Assembly: GCF_006345805.1 (NCBI RefSeq)
Contig: NC_043005.1
Coordinates: 34,782,001 to 34,846,000, forward strand
DNA: 64,000 nucleotides
Origin: Octopus sinensis
Taxonomy: Eukaryota
Direction: 5' to 3'
Shown here: in pieces, positions 1 through 13,950 of the stretch
Layout of the letters: the number at the start of each line of letters is the position of its first letter
How positions within the stretch are numbered: position 1 is the first letter of the stretch
Notes under the pieces: generated by a model
The model's database searches: none
Told to the model about the DNA's origin: nothing
The model's input: the letters and a program-made list of their open reading frames with translations, nothing else
Translations under genes and position numbers: made by a program

Positions 1-419
1 TGAAGCAAACACACAACAGCTTCCACCATTCTAAAGATGAAGAGAGACTAAAATATTGTAAAATACTTGTGAATTATGAATAAGCTATTTATGATGCCAA
101 GTAACATTGGGACTTGTCAATGCACACACACACACTCACACACATTATATAATGTATATATATGCATACACACATGGTTGATAGTTAATGCAATCAACTA
201 GAACCAGTGAAGGTGGTGCTCCAGCTTGGCCACAACCTGATGACTGGTATCAGTAACAGGCTTAAAACACTATTGAAACAAACAACATATCAAACACTGA
301 ATTTGAACATTAAATAATGATGATACTATCATTTTAGTATCTGTTTTTTTTTTTTGTTTTTTTTTTGTCCCCACCACCTTGCTGGCACAAGTTGGATAGT
401 TCTGTTGTGCAAGCTTTCA

Positions 420-960
420 TCACATCTATGAAGTGCAGGCCAGGTCTAGCTTCCCACCACTTTCCCTATTCAACTAACATACAACGTCTATCATCCATTC
501 ACCTTTTCTGTCTAAACCCCTATACCAATATAATCATTACTCCTGTTTTCCATTAGTTGAAGTCTTTAATGTCCAGCCACTCTCTCAGCTCACTATGTTC
601 TTTCTTTCATGTACATTAACATTACACATTCAACAAACAAATCATTCTCCCCTCATTTATCTCCATTCTCCAAATTCATTCAGTATTCAACAAACAGATT
701 TCTAGACCACATTTCTTGTATATGCTTCATACAGTCTGCTTCTTGATGGGGAGAAGATCCTTTGGTGACAACCTCAACTTCTACTGTTCCTTGTACTAAC
801 ATCTATATACTAACAATTACTACTCACAGCACTAATTAAATTTTATAGGTAACAGAAACTATTACCTTTTTCTACTGTATCATTTGGAAGTTCAGAAACT
901 TCATTTCATCTGTGATCCTCCTGCTAACATCAATACATCTCTGGTAATTGGTTCGATATT
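420..960 (-). mobile_element. Highly degenerate RTE-clade LINE ORF2 (RT C-terminal region) relic
   Basis: Minus-strand translation across frameshifts gives NSFCYL, VTKG, SRSRLYEA and MCNVNVHE in the order expected for RTE ORF2 (..SFCYLG..KGRLY..WMCNV..). Confidence 0.55.
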
Positions 961-1004
961 CCACTACATCTTTCATGTTATTATCATTTGTACACTCTGG
1001 GTAC

Positions 1005-1140
1005 AGGCATGACTGTGTGGTTAAGAAGTCTATCTCACAACTACATGTTTTCAAGTTTAGTCCTACAGCACCGTCCCTAGGGGCAACTAAAGCTGTGATA
1101 ATGAAATTAAGAGGACAGAAACTCTGTGAAAACCATTGGA
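1005..1140 (+). mobile_element. SINE family C, 5' fragment
   Basis: ggcatgactgtgtggttaagaagt... matches the head of the copies at 57197 and 51328. Confidence 0.55.
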
Positions 1141-2625
1141 GGGAGTATTTAAGTTCTTGAGCTGTATACTTAATCTATCAACAGCTTTTGGGTGACTTGA
1201 ATGGAATCTAACTTGTTAAATGAATATGGTCTCAGTCCCTAGTATGAAGCTAACTTCATCCTCATCTCTATTGATCATGGAAACTGTTCCTACTCTGACT
1301 AAACTATTAAAAATAAAAATGCATAAAGAACACAGTCAAGATTGAATGATGCCACTTCTTAGTTTGCATAAGGAATTCTCATCATCTCTGACTCAAGTAG
1401 CAGTTTGGTGTAGGCCTTTGGATTCTCTGCTTGAAACATTTTTCTACAGATTATCAACTCTAAATTCTCCATTAAAATTGTTGCCAACCCCAACCCTAAC
1501 CTAAAAGTACCCTCATCAATAGCTTAATAGGTTTTCACATACCATTCCTCTACACCTAATTCCTTTCTCACCTCCTGTGAAAGACCTTTGACAAAGTAGA
1601 ATGAGTTCTTAGCTAAGAATTACAATTGCAATTGTCTTCGTTTGTGTGTATGTATGTGTGTGCATGCATGTGTATATAATTTCATACATACATATAAACT
1701 GAGTTATATATTTGCTATCCCTTTGCAGACTGGGGTATTCATATATATATAAAGAACTATTTTAACTTCATAATACATAATTTCCAAAGCTACTTCACAA
1801 ATACACAGGTCTATACACATATAAATTCAGGTATCTATAAATATTTCACATTGTATGCACATATACAGATACAGATGCATGAATAAGTACTACTTTAGAA
1901 CAAATAAAGCTAGGTAGTCTTTGTGAACAATCAACGCTATCTGTGTATTCTGCTTGTTCTTTTGTTGTCAAAAGATTGCTTTGTATTACTTTATTCAATT
2001 ACTTAAAGAGAATTTGAAAGAAGTAAATCTCTTCATGAAAATATGAATCAAAGAAAGATTGCTTTGTAACTAAAAATAATTTGCAATAGTTATTATCAGC
2101 CAAAAAGTCTTGATAGGGAAATATATCGTAAGTGCCATTGGTTTGTGCAATGTCTTTATTTCTCAAACTAGTTTTTATACTAAAATACATTTGGCAATGT
2201 TTATTTACGATTGACTTGTGACAAATATGTGTTGTGCACTGCTAAATCACCTTTGTGCTTATGCTAGTTCAGCCTTATTGCTATTTCAGCCTGCTGAAAT
2301 AGCAATCAAAGTCAATCAAATTACACCCTACCATTTTATAAAAGGATGATACACATCTAGTCCTTGATAAGTAAAAAGATGAATTAGTTATGTTTGGAAT
2401 ATCTTTGATCATAGCTGCACTAAGAGTTTGCCACGGATGAACCAGAAACTACCAGTTTGATACAAAGATACATGAGGTAATAAAATAGTCAACAACCACT
2501 ATTTTCAGACTAAAATCTCTAGGAAATAGATTTTTCAAAAATAGCTTGTGAAAAGAAATGCCATATGGCAATTCACAAACATCCATTGGCACAGGAACAG
2601 CATTTTCATGGCAATTAAAATTCGC

Positions 2626-2990
2626 TGGCTTGTGACAAAAATACATGTGGGTAAGGTTAACAATTGTTAACTTGACATAAAAATGCGAGCATAGTTAACT
2701 ATTACAAAGCTGATACAAAAATATGTAGGGTTATAGTTAATAGTCATTGGGTTGAAACAAAAATTCAGTATTTATAATAATGGTTAATAATCACAGGCTT
2801 GTGATGAAAATAATTATAATTATGGTTAATACTTGCTAGACTTAGACATAACAATTTATAGTAGGGATTAAGAATCATTGGCCTGTGACAAAATTATATG
2901 TGGTTTTGGTCAAATAATTACATAAGTTTATGGTTAATAATTTCTGAGTTGAGACAAAAATACAAATGATAAATATTGAATTGTAACAAA
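2626..2990. repeat. Degenerate minisatellite, unit ~43 bp, about 8-9 copies
   Basis: Recurring ggcttgtgacaaaaata...tggttaataatca motif at roughly 43 bp spacing. Confidence 0.55.
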
Positions 2991-3609
2991 ACACATCCAT
3001 GCTAATATCATTTCTGTTAAAGTAGAATACATTATGCAGTGATTAATGATTTGTCTGTCAACAGAGTCAAATACATAAACAATTTATGGTTTCTAATTAT
3101 CTTAAACTGCCAAGTGAAATTGCTATAATCAATACAATAGCAGACTGTACAGAACAGCTAAAACAAGAGACATACTTCCTTACATAAAATTACAAATGAT
3201 AACAACAATCTTACATATGACCACAAAGGAGCTCCTTTGTTTTCTGTATAAAAATATATGATGGGTATTTCAAGAGAAGGCAAAGTAACAATAGCATTTA
3301 TTTTATTTGTAATACAGTAAATTACCCACAAAGGTTTCTTAAGAACATCAAGTTAAGTAAATATTGCATGGAATGAAACAAATTGGAAACAGCAAGAGAC
3401 TTGTAGAGAAAAGAGCATAGTTGAAATAGAAGAATTGCAATGAATGAGTGAATAAATAGGTTCAGACACATCATGTAGGGTCAGGGTTATTTACATTGCT
3501 TCATAACCAGAATATAACTAAAAGAATAGACAGAATGAAATATTGATGAAATATTCTAAAGAAAATAACCACAGACTCTGGCACAAGGGGGTGGGAAGTA
3601 GAGAAGAGT

Positions 3610-3640
<31 letters not shown>

Positions 3641-4957
3641 CCGGGGAGAGTAAGATTGAAATTTCACTTAAAATTAGAAATGTACTAGGCAGTATTATCT
3701 GAAGCAAGTTAAAATTACTTTATTGGAATGGTACCAAAGTAAATTTGCACTGGTATTTATTCTTGGCCAAGAATACTACATAGGCCTGTTAGAAAAAGAA
3801 AAATCAAAACAAAGAAAAACCTATAAACTGCTACGAAATAGCTGAGATATGTTTTAAATATTTAAGTATTAAATGAAAATACATTTATTAAAGTCAGCAA
3901 ACAACATTTCAGTTGAAGTGAGTTGTTAACAAGTGTGATAACAATAAAAAGTCCAGTGTAATCCAATTATCTAAATGCCTGTGTCAGTAAGGTTGGTAAT
4001 CTGATGAAAATGTACCAGGAACAAAACAAAACCTAAGAGGAAAAAAAAAGTACACTGTGTATAGACAGTAGTTTTAGTGGTTCCTTTGTAAAGAAGAAAC
4101 AATCTCTCTAACACCTGCCATCTCTGCTTCTACCTTACAGCATGTGTAAAACTATTAACTCCTTACTGTCTACTATTGTTTTGTGTAGATGTGTGTGTGT
4201 GTTTTGTTTTGTATCCACTGGGTTTAGAAATTAGCATTTGGGGCAATTAGATGGAAGAAACCCCTAACCAATGTTACAATAGGAACTAGTTATCACTCCT
4301 ATTTTGGATCAGTTCTCATCTTTAACCTTAGTAAATTTCTGATACCCTCTGAATCAATTAAGACTACTCATCCTGTTAGAAATCACACTCTATCACCTTT
4401 GCAAAAAAGAGGAAGGATATATTGGATATTTTAGCTTGAGATAATTCATAAGTGGAATATCTTGACCTGAGGTTGCGCAACAACAATAACAAGTATCACC
4501 TTCAGTAACATTGTTTAGTTCCAAAGAGATTTACATAAACAGTAAATACATTCTAACACGTAAAAGTTTTGCCATCACTTCCAGAATAAGATCCTCCAAT
4601 AAAATTAAGGTAATACAAGTTATGTTGTCATTATTCAACTGAACTATGATCAAAAGTATTCCAGCTGTAACCACCTCATTTTTGGAGAGTAGATAAGTAG
4701 GTTTGATCTAAGGTGATTCAGCTGCTAACTCTAGCAGGTCAACTAGAAATAGGCTCAACAGGAAGTCTGTGATGTCATTCCTTTGGCTAAGATGTGAGAC
4801 TAATAATGACACTACTATCCCTATGTCATTAAAAATAACGACATTCTTATTAATTATAGAGAATAGCATATCTTTTTAAATGAAATGAAATACTTTTCTT
4901 GCTCTTGAAAATATTATCTTTGACACCGCATGTGTGTGTGTCTCTCTCCATATATAA

Positions 4958-5173
4958 TCCTTTCTACTAAAGGCACAAGACCTGAAATTTGGAGGGAGGG
5001 GACTTGACAATTACATCAGCCCCAGTCTTTCAGTGATATTTAATTTATCGACCCAAAAGGATGAAAGGCAAAGTCGACCTTGGAAGAATGTGAACTCAGA
5101 ACACAGTGGCAGACAAAATACTGCTAAGCATTTTCCTCGGCATGCTAATGATTCTGCCAGCTCACAACCTTGC
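4958..5173 (-). mobile_element. tRNA-derived SINE family A (MetaSINE-like central domain)
   Basis: Reverse complement reads gagctggcagaatcattagcatgccgag...ttctgagttcacatt...gtcgactttgcctttcatcctttgggtcgataaa. More than 20 related copies occur in the window. Confidence 0.85.
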
Positions 5174-5474
5174 CATATATAATATATACATACTTAAGTG
5201 AAAGGTGGATTGAATGATGCATGTGTACAAACAGCTATATTCTGCGGTAGTGAAACTATGGTTGAGGACATGCATAGACTAGAGAAAAACAAAGGTCAGT
5301 ATGCTCCAATAGATGTGTAGCATCACTGTGCATGAACAACAAAATTGCTAACTATATTCAAAATTAATCTTAAGTCATAGGTGGTGTACTTCATCAGATA
5401 TATTGCTAAACATAATATATATACATGCATACAGACTAGCTCCAATGAATTTCATAGTAGTTAAACTTCCTCCT

Positions 5475-5718
5475 CATCATCATCATCGTTTAACATCCGT
5501 TCTCCATGCTAGCATGTGTTGGATGGTTCGACCGGGGATCTGGGAAGCCAGAAGGCTGCACCAGGCTCCAGTCTTATCTGGCAATGTTTCTACAGCTGGA
5601 TGCCGTTCCTAACGCCAACCACTCCGTGAGTGTAGTGGGTGCTTTTTACGTGCCACCTGCACAGGTGCCAGGCAAGGCTGGCAACAGCCACGGTCGGATT
5701 GGTGTATTTTATGTGCCA
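5475..5718 (-). mobile_element. 5'-truncated RTE LINE 3'UTR with (GAT)n tail
   Basis: Closely matches the 3' end of the RTE at 53580-54317 (ccatgctagcat..ggatgcc..cctaacgccaaccactccgtgagtgtagtgggtgctttttacgtgcca). Confidence 0.85.
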
Positions 5719-7499
5719 ATCACTCATTTCACACATTTTTATATCTCATCATCAAGCAACCTCAGTTTCCAAATTGCAATTTCATTTTATGAAGACTAGT
5801 GTGATAAATTTCTAACAGCTGCTGGGTTTATTTCTAGTTTGAAAAAAATTTCAACAAGATATTGGCAACTCTTACTTGTTTATTTTATTAAATGATTCAA
5901 TCTGTCTGATAGATTGACTGGCTTCTGATGAAAAATATTTTAGTTTTCAATTCTGTTGTCTTTTCTCCAACCAGTGTTATTATCATCATCAGTGCTTCTA
6001 AATTATACTTGCAAGAAATTTTTTTCCATTCAGTTATTTCACATTCTTAATGCGTAGTTATCATCTTGAGTGGTTTAAACCTTTTCACTGATATCTACGT
6101 CTACTTCACTGTCACTGAAATATTTTACTTCGATCTTTTAATATTTAACCTGAAAAATTACTCAAATACTACTTTGGGTGAACAGAAATAAAAATGAAAA
6201 CTTTCAATGGTAAAACCTCAACTTCCATTGCATATACAATATTGTACAATATTATATATTGTATGTACAACTTCCACTGTATACACAATAACTCATTCGC
6301 ATAATGTTCTTACTGAGCTTACAGTTGATACAATGATACTTGTAATTGGATGAGTCCAATCCATTTCAACTACATATGTCCTATAAGAAATTACTGACAA
6401 GGCTAACTCAAGAACAAGTGCTACTATTCTCTATGAATCCAAGACATAGATACTAATCCTTTTTAGATCAATTTTCATTTGGTAAAGGAAGAGACACATA
6501 CCCTTTTCTAGGCAAGTTAGCCATCAGATTAATTTCACATAAAAGCTATGCCTTCTCCAGTCATTTCTAAGATCTGGTACCTATATGTAAAATCATAATT
6601 CACTGAAGCTGTTTGGAGTTACTGAAGCTGTTTGGAGTATCTACCAAAGATCAGAATTATTCCCACATTACATTTTTCTATTTAAGTTGTCAGATTTCAA
6701 AGTTCTTTCCCTTACCTGCCTTGATAAAACTTGTCATGTTAATGATCTTTTCTTATTATTACATGAGTAATTTCAAGTGATTAAAAATAACTTTTGGCTC
6801 ACATCTGTCTGCTCCTAACTATGCCCCTCAATAGACTAGTCTTAGTCTCAGAGAAATTTATGAAAATTTGTTACTGTACAGAAATTGAGTATACTCAGCC
6901 CTATGCATGTGCACTTAAGATACAGGAACAAAGTTAACTCATTTCTGATAGAAGTGTATTTTCTGGAATTCTCCACATTTTATATGACATAGTGCAAAAC
7001 TGATTCACATATGATTAGGATATTACACCATCAGCATTCATGCAAAAACTTTAATCAACACAGTGAAGGTTAAAGACAAAAGCTCTTGTTTTGATTCATG
7101 AAAGGGATAATTAATCATGTATACATGAAAATAGAAAAATTAAATGAAACAACAGTGCATACTCTGTTCAAGAATAGGTACACTGTGTTCCTACATGTTA
7201 CAAGAGGCAACTAAAAGGATTGTAACAGGAAGGGCATACAGCTGTAAAAAATACTGGCTCAAAAAAACTATCTAACCCATGCTAACATGGAAAAGTAGAT
7301 GTATGATGATGATGATGATGATGATGGTGGTGGTGACAATAGTTATAATGATGTCTTAAGAATAGTGGTAAATTGCATTGTTAGTACTTTGAAGATGCTT
7401 TGCTACTCAATTAGCAGAAACTATATTCATTAAGATTAAACCCAAGCCCTAGAGTAACATGGTTCAAATTCTGTAAAACAACCTTACAGCTAAATATCT

Positions 7500-7712
7500 C
7501 TATGATTTATAAGACAGTTATCAGACCCAGCTGTCAAATAGACCTGTGATTAGAAGGTATTTCAGCTGACAATCCCAACTTTTTGGCTTTTAAACATGGT
7601 GTATCTCTAGAAATCAGAGCACCTAATATGTTTTTCTCTTTCTTTTAAAAAAAGGTTATAGGTTGCAATTTCTAACATATTGAGTGACCATGTACAGACA
7701 CCCTCATTGAGT
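7500..7712 (+). mobile_element. Old dispersed repeat family F (SINE-like)
   Basis: Shares the gacct.tgat.aaagg.attccagct...tttcta.ca...gagtgaccatgta.ag motif chain with copies near 2270(-), 4310(-), 4630, 8430(-), 24500(-), 29150, 31730(-), 35115, 35350 and 38105. Confidence 0.6.
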
Positions 7713-8925
7713 GAAAGTAAGTTAGTTAAGGAGTAAAAGACTAACTGAATGTGTGGTGTACTGTTTCACTGTTTTGTAGAACTTCTGGTCAGAGATGTTA
7801 TTGTATAATATAACCTGAAATAAGTTAATATTCTAGCAAAGATTGAATAGACATTTTTCTCACTGATTTCAGAAAACAAAAACTGAAATAAATTTCAACT
7901 TTAATAAAAAATTTTTTAAATGGTTAGAAATTTTAAATAAATCTCATAAAATTGAGAGAAAGAATATGGGTTGGGTTAGGATGAAATGGCAGAATTATTT
8001 CAGCATGTTTTTGATCATTTTCCAAAGGATTCTTCATAGAATCACCTCCCAACAAGAATGATACACAATCCTGGAATATTCTACAGAGAATTGCTTTATT
8101 GCCAAATATAAGACTTGAATTTGGTTTAGTAAAATATTTTAGAATGCAGCTGGAGGTTGTAACTCTGTATGGCATCTTGGATGATGGCTAGAGATAGATA
8201 GTTAGATAGACACATAGAAATGGAAAGCGGGGGAAGAGAATGCACTTATAAATGGAATTAATTGAACTAATGGAAGAGTTTGAGCGAGAGGAGGAGGTGA
8301 GAATAGCGAGAGGAGGAGTGTGAATAAGTAATAAGGCCCTGTGAAGGAAGTGTAAATACACCTTAAGAATTGTCACATTATATAGTTTGGCTTCATGTTA
8401 GTGAAAATTAACTGGTAGAGAACTGGTCAGAAAGCCTCTCTACAATTACATAATCTGCTAGAAACAACAGCTAAACTCCTTCAAGTAATATCGTATTGTT
8501 TTAAAGTGACATGTAGTCCTAAACAGGATGGTCATGGATAAAACACTATTGATTATGGACCTGATCACTACTTCACAGTTGACAAAGGTCGTCATAGCAA
8601 TAGCAGGAAGTTGTACACTAGTTTGGTTCCAAAGTTGATAATACCAAACATAATAGTAATTATATATTCTGTTATTCTTTTACTGATTTTAGCCAGAGGT
8701 TGTAGCCATGCTGTGGTACCATTAAATTTGGAAGAAAAAAAAGCAGTTTGACAGAGCAAACAAGAAAAGGGAAATAAATGAAAGACAGAAACACAAGATT
8801 TAGATATCTGGAAGATGAGGTGGGGGTATAGAGATAATAGAGGAAGCCAAAAAGTAGACATTAAATATATAAAAATACATATCAAATAAGGTATTCAGCT
8901 TTTTGAAAATTTATTTCACAATTTT

Positions 8926-8927
<2 letters not shown>

Positions 8928-9003
<76 letters not shown>
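8928..9003. repeat. Compound (TA)n(GA)n microsatellite
   Basis: Directly visible. Confidence 0.95.
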
Positions 9004-9004
<1 letters not shown>

Positions 9005-10955
9005 TGAGTATGTGCACACTTGCTTCAAAGAAAAGCTAAAAGAAGACAATATTCTGACATACTTATAGAGCTCTTTATGTATCTTATGTCAGCATGTTAG
9101 TGTATGTCATTCATCAATACACCTCTGTGCATGGTTGATGTACATCAATGTACATAGGGAGAGATAACAGTGATAGAGTCTTCACATTCGGTATAATTTC
9201 CTTTATTCAAGAATAAACCAGGAAGAAAGGATGGCTAAGAATTGTCAGATGGAATCAGACATTCCTGACACATTTAGCAAAGTCTCTTCTAGAAATGGGA
9301 TTAGTAGAGAAGATAAAAAATATCCAATAAAACCAAGTTAATATTGGAGAATAAAAGATCAAAGGATTCCAGAACATTCAGTCCATATTCTGCAGAAAAG
9401 AGAATTTTACTACAATGACAAGATAATTTTTCATGTGGAATTTTTTATTTTTACTGATTTATCTTCTATTTATTTTTATATCATGGCAAAGCTGGAGAGA
9501 ATCTGGCTAGGTTCAAAACTAAGAAGTAATAGAAGGCTGTGCATCCTCAACAAATCATTAATATCTATGTCATATGATGAAAGAATACGGTAGGTAAAGA
9601 AAGAAATAAAAGGAACATTAAGGCAATTCATTGGCTTTTACTAACAGTTAAAGGTTCGACCTTTGTGGGGTGGGGTTTTATTTCCGTGGAGTTAAACATT
9701 CCAGTTTTGCAAGTTTGAATATGATATTCAATACGCCATTACATATACCTGGTTATGTCATTTGGTACACCACCTGAATTATTTTATATATAAATCATTA
9801 CCTTGATTAATGTTAATTACTTAACCATGGCTTCAAGATTTTTGCAATTAAAGTTGGATGAAAACAGTAAAACATTATAGCTGTTTGAACTCATCAACTG
9901 GCAAATAATTTCTTTTGATCAATTTAGATCAAATGCTATATTATCAATTTGGAGAATTTTTTTACACTTATTAATTTTAAAATAGTGATAGTTATTTTAT
10001 TAAATCAAAGAAGCATAGCATTTTCTGAAATTGTACTGAAGTTTTGTCACCAAATAGTCTTCTGAAATATAGGGATTGTAAAGAAAATCTTTTGGGTTGC
10101 ATCAATGTGAACTGGTAATTAAGAGAATTCTCAAGTTTGAAAATTAAAAAAAATGCTAAACATAATATTTTTTTAAAGGATTCTTGAAAAACATCCTCAA
10201 CGGGTGAATAAATATGCCCAAGTAAACAGAGTTCATAAATTTTCTCTGACAGAAAAATTCTTACATTAACTATTATTATTTGTCTAGCTTGTTGCAATTC
10301 TCTTCTTGCTAGCAGCAAGAAGAAAGTTATGAGAGGAGTCTTAGAGAAGCGCATATGATTTTAGAACTGTTTTGATTCTAGAACCACTACATCATATTTA
10401 ATACCAGGTGTTCTCTATGACATTGAATGTGAGGCACATATTAAAATTAAGATAATAATATAGAATATTTATGAATTTCTCTTAACTAAGTTTAAAATTA
10501 AGTTTGTAAAGGAGCAGTAAAGTCAATTTAATATTGTATATTATGTATTATTTATTGATATATTATAAAACAGTCTGGGAAGATAAGAGTCAAAGCAAAC
10601 CAGCACTTGATTTGAACTCAGCTAAATGAAATACTGAAGTATCTATTCTGGTGGTCTTTTGCTACAGCTGTCTATCTAATAATTGCTATCTTAAGATCAT
10701 GAGCACGGATTTATTAAAAAAAGAAATAGGAACGTTTGATGTTCATGAACTCTCTTCTTGGGAATTAGCTGCATAACCTAAATGAATTCACCTCAAATGT
10801 GAAATGAAAAAGACTAGTCTCATTAGAAGTGATTGTTGAAGTTGCAGAGCACCACAGCCATGGTTATATCTAATATACCACTTGGTTTAACACCCACTAC
10901 ATATTGTTATGAAAGACTGAATAAAGTTCTAGCTACTGTGATAGCAAGCTGCACA

Positions 10956-10986
<31 letters not shown>

Positions 10987-11406
10987 AACATACGTTCAGT
11001 TGAGAGGTGGTCAATTAAGAAACACTAGCAGCTGCAGCTATGTGACAACATTTAGCAAGTTCTCTGTAAGCTTGGAACAGGGATGTGAAGATAGGCAATG
11101 AAGAACTACATTTCACAAGACATCTAGCTGTGCATGACTTCTTCTCTGGACAAGTTGGCTTGCTAGGCTGGTCTGCAGTTTCCCTGCTGGCAATTTTGCT
11201 GTTGGAGCCCTATTGGTATCAAGAGACCATGTTATGCCACAATACCTAGAGTAGATCTAATCTACCACCACATCCTGTATATCTGGAGCCCAATGGTATT
11301 TACAATGACAGTGTTTTTACTTGAAGAAATAAATGCTATAAATCAAATTCTCAGTTTACTGTTAGAGACATTGACATGGTTTGTAAAATAAGGCTGGATC
11401 TATTAA

Positions 11407-11601
11407 CCCTTTATTTCTGCCAAATGCAATGCTTATTTATTTACATTAATTTGAATTAGTCATACATTACCTTGTAGCTTTGAGCTTTTCAATGATATGA
11501 CTGTTTATTTTTTAGAATAATATTGCAGGGTAAGTGTGTGAGGCTGGATGCGGCCAATTTGAAGATAAAACAAGATTATTTTGACTGGATATGCTAAAGG
11601 G
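11407..11601 (-). mobile_element. piggyBac-type MITE, family 1
   Basis: TTAA on both sides, termini CCCTTTA...TAAAGGG. The interior is the reverse complement of 37681-37901. Confidence 0.75.
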
Positions 11602-11779
11602 TTAAAGTATTAATTTAGACATTGGGTTAGAAATAAGAAGATAACACAAAATTAGTTAATTTTCTGTTTTGTTCTTGTTTCAAACAACTGAGGTTAGAAT
11701 TAAACTCAAAATCCATGAGAGTGTAAACCTTTTAGATGGCTATTTACAGTAAAACATTAAAAAAAAAAAGAACAATATT

Positions 11780-12197
11780 TCCTCTTTTTACATTTTTTAA
11801 CTGTTTCAGCCCTGGACTGTGGCAATGCTACAGTACTGCCTTGAAGGGTCTTTTAGTCAAACAAATCGAGTCCAGAATTTAAGTTTTATTTTTAAGTCTG
11901 ATACTCTATCAATCTTTTTTGCTGAACCACTAAATTATGGGGGTGTAAACAAACCAGCACTAGTTGTCAAGAAAACAGTAGGAGAGGTAAGAAAAACACA
12001 TATACAAAGGCGCATACACACACACACACACACACACACAACAACAACAACAAACTTCCACTCAGTTTCCATTAACAAAGTTCACTCACAAAGCATTGGT
12101 CAGCTCAGGGCAATAGCAGAACAAATACTTGCCCAAGGTGCTGCGCAGTCAGATAGAAACCAAAATGCATGGCTACTTAATCACACAGCCATGCCTG
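11780..12197 (-). mobile_element. tRNA-derived SINE family C (CORE-like, internal (CA)n)
   Basis: Reverse complement aligns along its length with 57197-57585; it has a degenerate head and the accttgggcaagt motif. Confidence 0.8.
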
Positions 12198-12624
12198 TGT
12201 CATTTACAATAAAGCATAGAAATCCCCAATTATTTCATACAATATTTGTTCATATTTGTTTAACAGAAATAATAGCTAAAAAAAAAATTAATACAAAAAT
12301 GTTTTGTTTATTGATTTATTTATTTTGTGTGTGTGTGTGTATACGCGTGCACATACTATTTTCTTAGGTGAATGCTGTACAATTTTAGCAAGTTGTAGGC
12401 AAGCTGAGTCTATGAATATTATGATTCCTGCTTGGAATCATTTCACTTAAATCAATAAAACTCTTGGGAAAGGATAATTTCCATTCCTCAATCTAATTAA
12501 AGAGAATTAAAAGAGTTATTCTTCATGGATGGATTTTACCAATTATGAAAAGTCAAACAGAAAATACAGACATTTAGTGTTTAATTATTTATCTCATTTG
12601 TGTGATTAATAATAATAATAAAGA

Positions 12625-12806
12625 CGTCAAAGTTTGGCACAAGGTCAGCAAATCTAAGGGGATGAGAATTAGTCAACTGCATCAACCTCAGTGTTCAAAT
12701 GGATGAAAGGCAGAGTCGACCTCAGCAAAATTTGAACTCAGAACATAAAGCCAGATGAAATGCTGCTAAGCACTTTTTGTCCAGCATGCTAATGATTCTG
12801 TCTGCT
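12625..12806 (-). mobile_element. SINE family A
   Basis: ggatgaaaggcagagtcgacctcagcaaaatttgaactcagaac...gctaagca...catgctaatgattctg. Confidence 0.8.
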
Positions 12807-12851
12807 TGTTGTTGTTGTTATAATAATAATAATAATAATAACAACAACAAT

Positions 12852-13429
12852 TGATGCAGTACCAGACAGTGGCTCTCATGGCTTCTGATCTTAACTGATT
12901 GGAAGTGTTATCATGTACATTGTTTTGTCTTAGTATAAAAGATGGGCTACAGCAAATATTCTGCACAATACCACAGATTTGCTTGTCAGTTGTTTGACCT
13001 TAACCAGTTGACCATGTCCCTTAGTGGCTGATGATATGTGCATCACTGATCATGAGCAGAAGTAGCCGGGGAGCATCATAGCCATGTGTTGAAAGGAATT
13101 CTTAGAGGTTTGGATAATTCACCTTTGGAAACATGGGTGGTTCATTCAACATCCTTAAACAATCCTTATTCAGGGACCTTTTGAGCGGGATGGGCTACTC
13201 AACCAGAAGAAAATTCTAACTGGGCCCCATACGCAAGGTCATGCGCTGTTTATCTTGATATGAGATCACCATGTTGCGCACATATGGTTGTGATGCATGT
13301 GCCTGGTGTACCCTTATCAGACGGGTAGTCATGATGTGTATACTGGGCTTCGTATATTTTACCCCAGTGTCACTTTGATGGCATGCACTGCTCTCTCACT
13401 CAATAATAATAATAATAATAATAATAATA
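12852..13429 (+). mobile_element. ~550 bp non-autonomous retroposon family E with (AAT)n tail
   Basis: Full-length reverse-complement match to 40066-40615 and partial match to 61156-61341. Ends in ctctctcactc(aat)n. No ORF. Confidence 0.85.
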
Positions 13430-13679
13430 GAGTATAAAGTTAGCAGCTGGTCTCATCTGATATATTTTCTGGTTCTGATAAAGTTAACTAAGTTATTTGC
13501 TACACAGTGATGGCTGTATGAAAAATATATGATAGCAATGTAACATTATCTAATATTACTATAAGGTCTCAAGTTTTTAAGGAATGATATGTTTCTCGCT
13601 GTGAGCTGTCTCTAAGTAGTAATATATCTGGTTTGTTTCTCACAGATGTATAATGTCCATGTTTTGATATTGTTGAGTA

Positions 13680-13950
13680 TTTCTGTGCAAAGGTTTTGAG
13701 GCTTCTGTTCATGGCAGCTGTGAATGCTTTAAGTGGAAAATAGAAATTGTATATGGATAAGGAGACTGAAGGATGGTCACCAATGAAGAAGTGAACAAAT
13801 AAACTGTTCTTGTGAAAAGAGAAAGAAAATGGATAGATAAGGAGGCCACATGTTGCTAATGTGAGAATCAGAACTTCATCAATATTGTGATGAAATGGCT
13901 TTATAGAAAACCTTTGATCTGGTGATAGCTAGAGGCAGAGCCATTATATA
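13680..13950 (+). mobile_element. Degenerate RTE-like ORF2 C-terminal relic
   Basis: Fragments translate to MVTNEEV, KRERKWI, GHML and ARGRA, in the order of RTE 'VTNEEVL..RKLKW.GH..RGRPR'. Confidence 0.4.

Noticed and set aside
236-262. CTGATGA-CTG-GTAT-CAG hairpin resembling a hammerhead
   Set aside because: No GAAA box or stem III; it is a mutated SINE C tail.
6602-6639. 19 bp x2 direct repeat (similar at 34534 and 50261)
   Set aside because: Ordinary slippage duplications with no further structure.
11819-12367. Longest ORF (182 aa)
   Set aside because: Lies across an antisense SINE C copy and a (CA)n tract; no domain recognised.
13026-13070. CTGATGA in family E as a possible ribozyme
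   Set aside because: No stem II or GAAA, and the motif is not conserved in the 40066-40615 copy.
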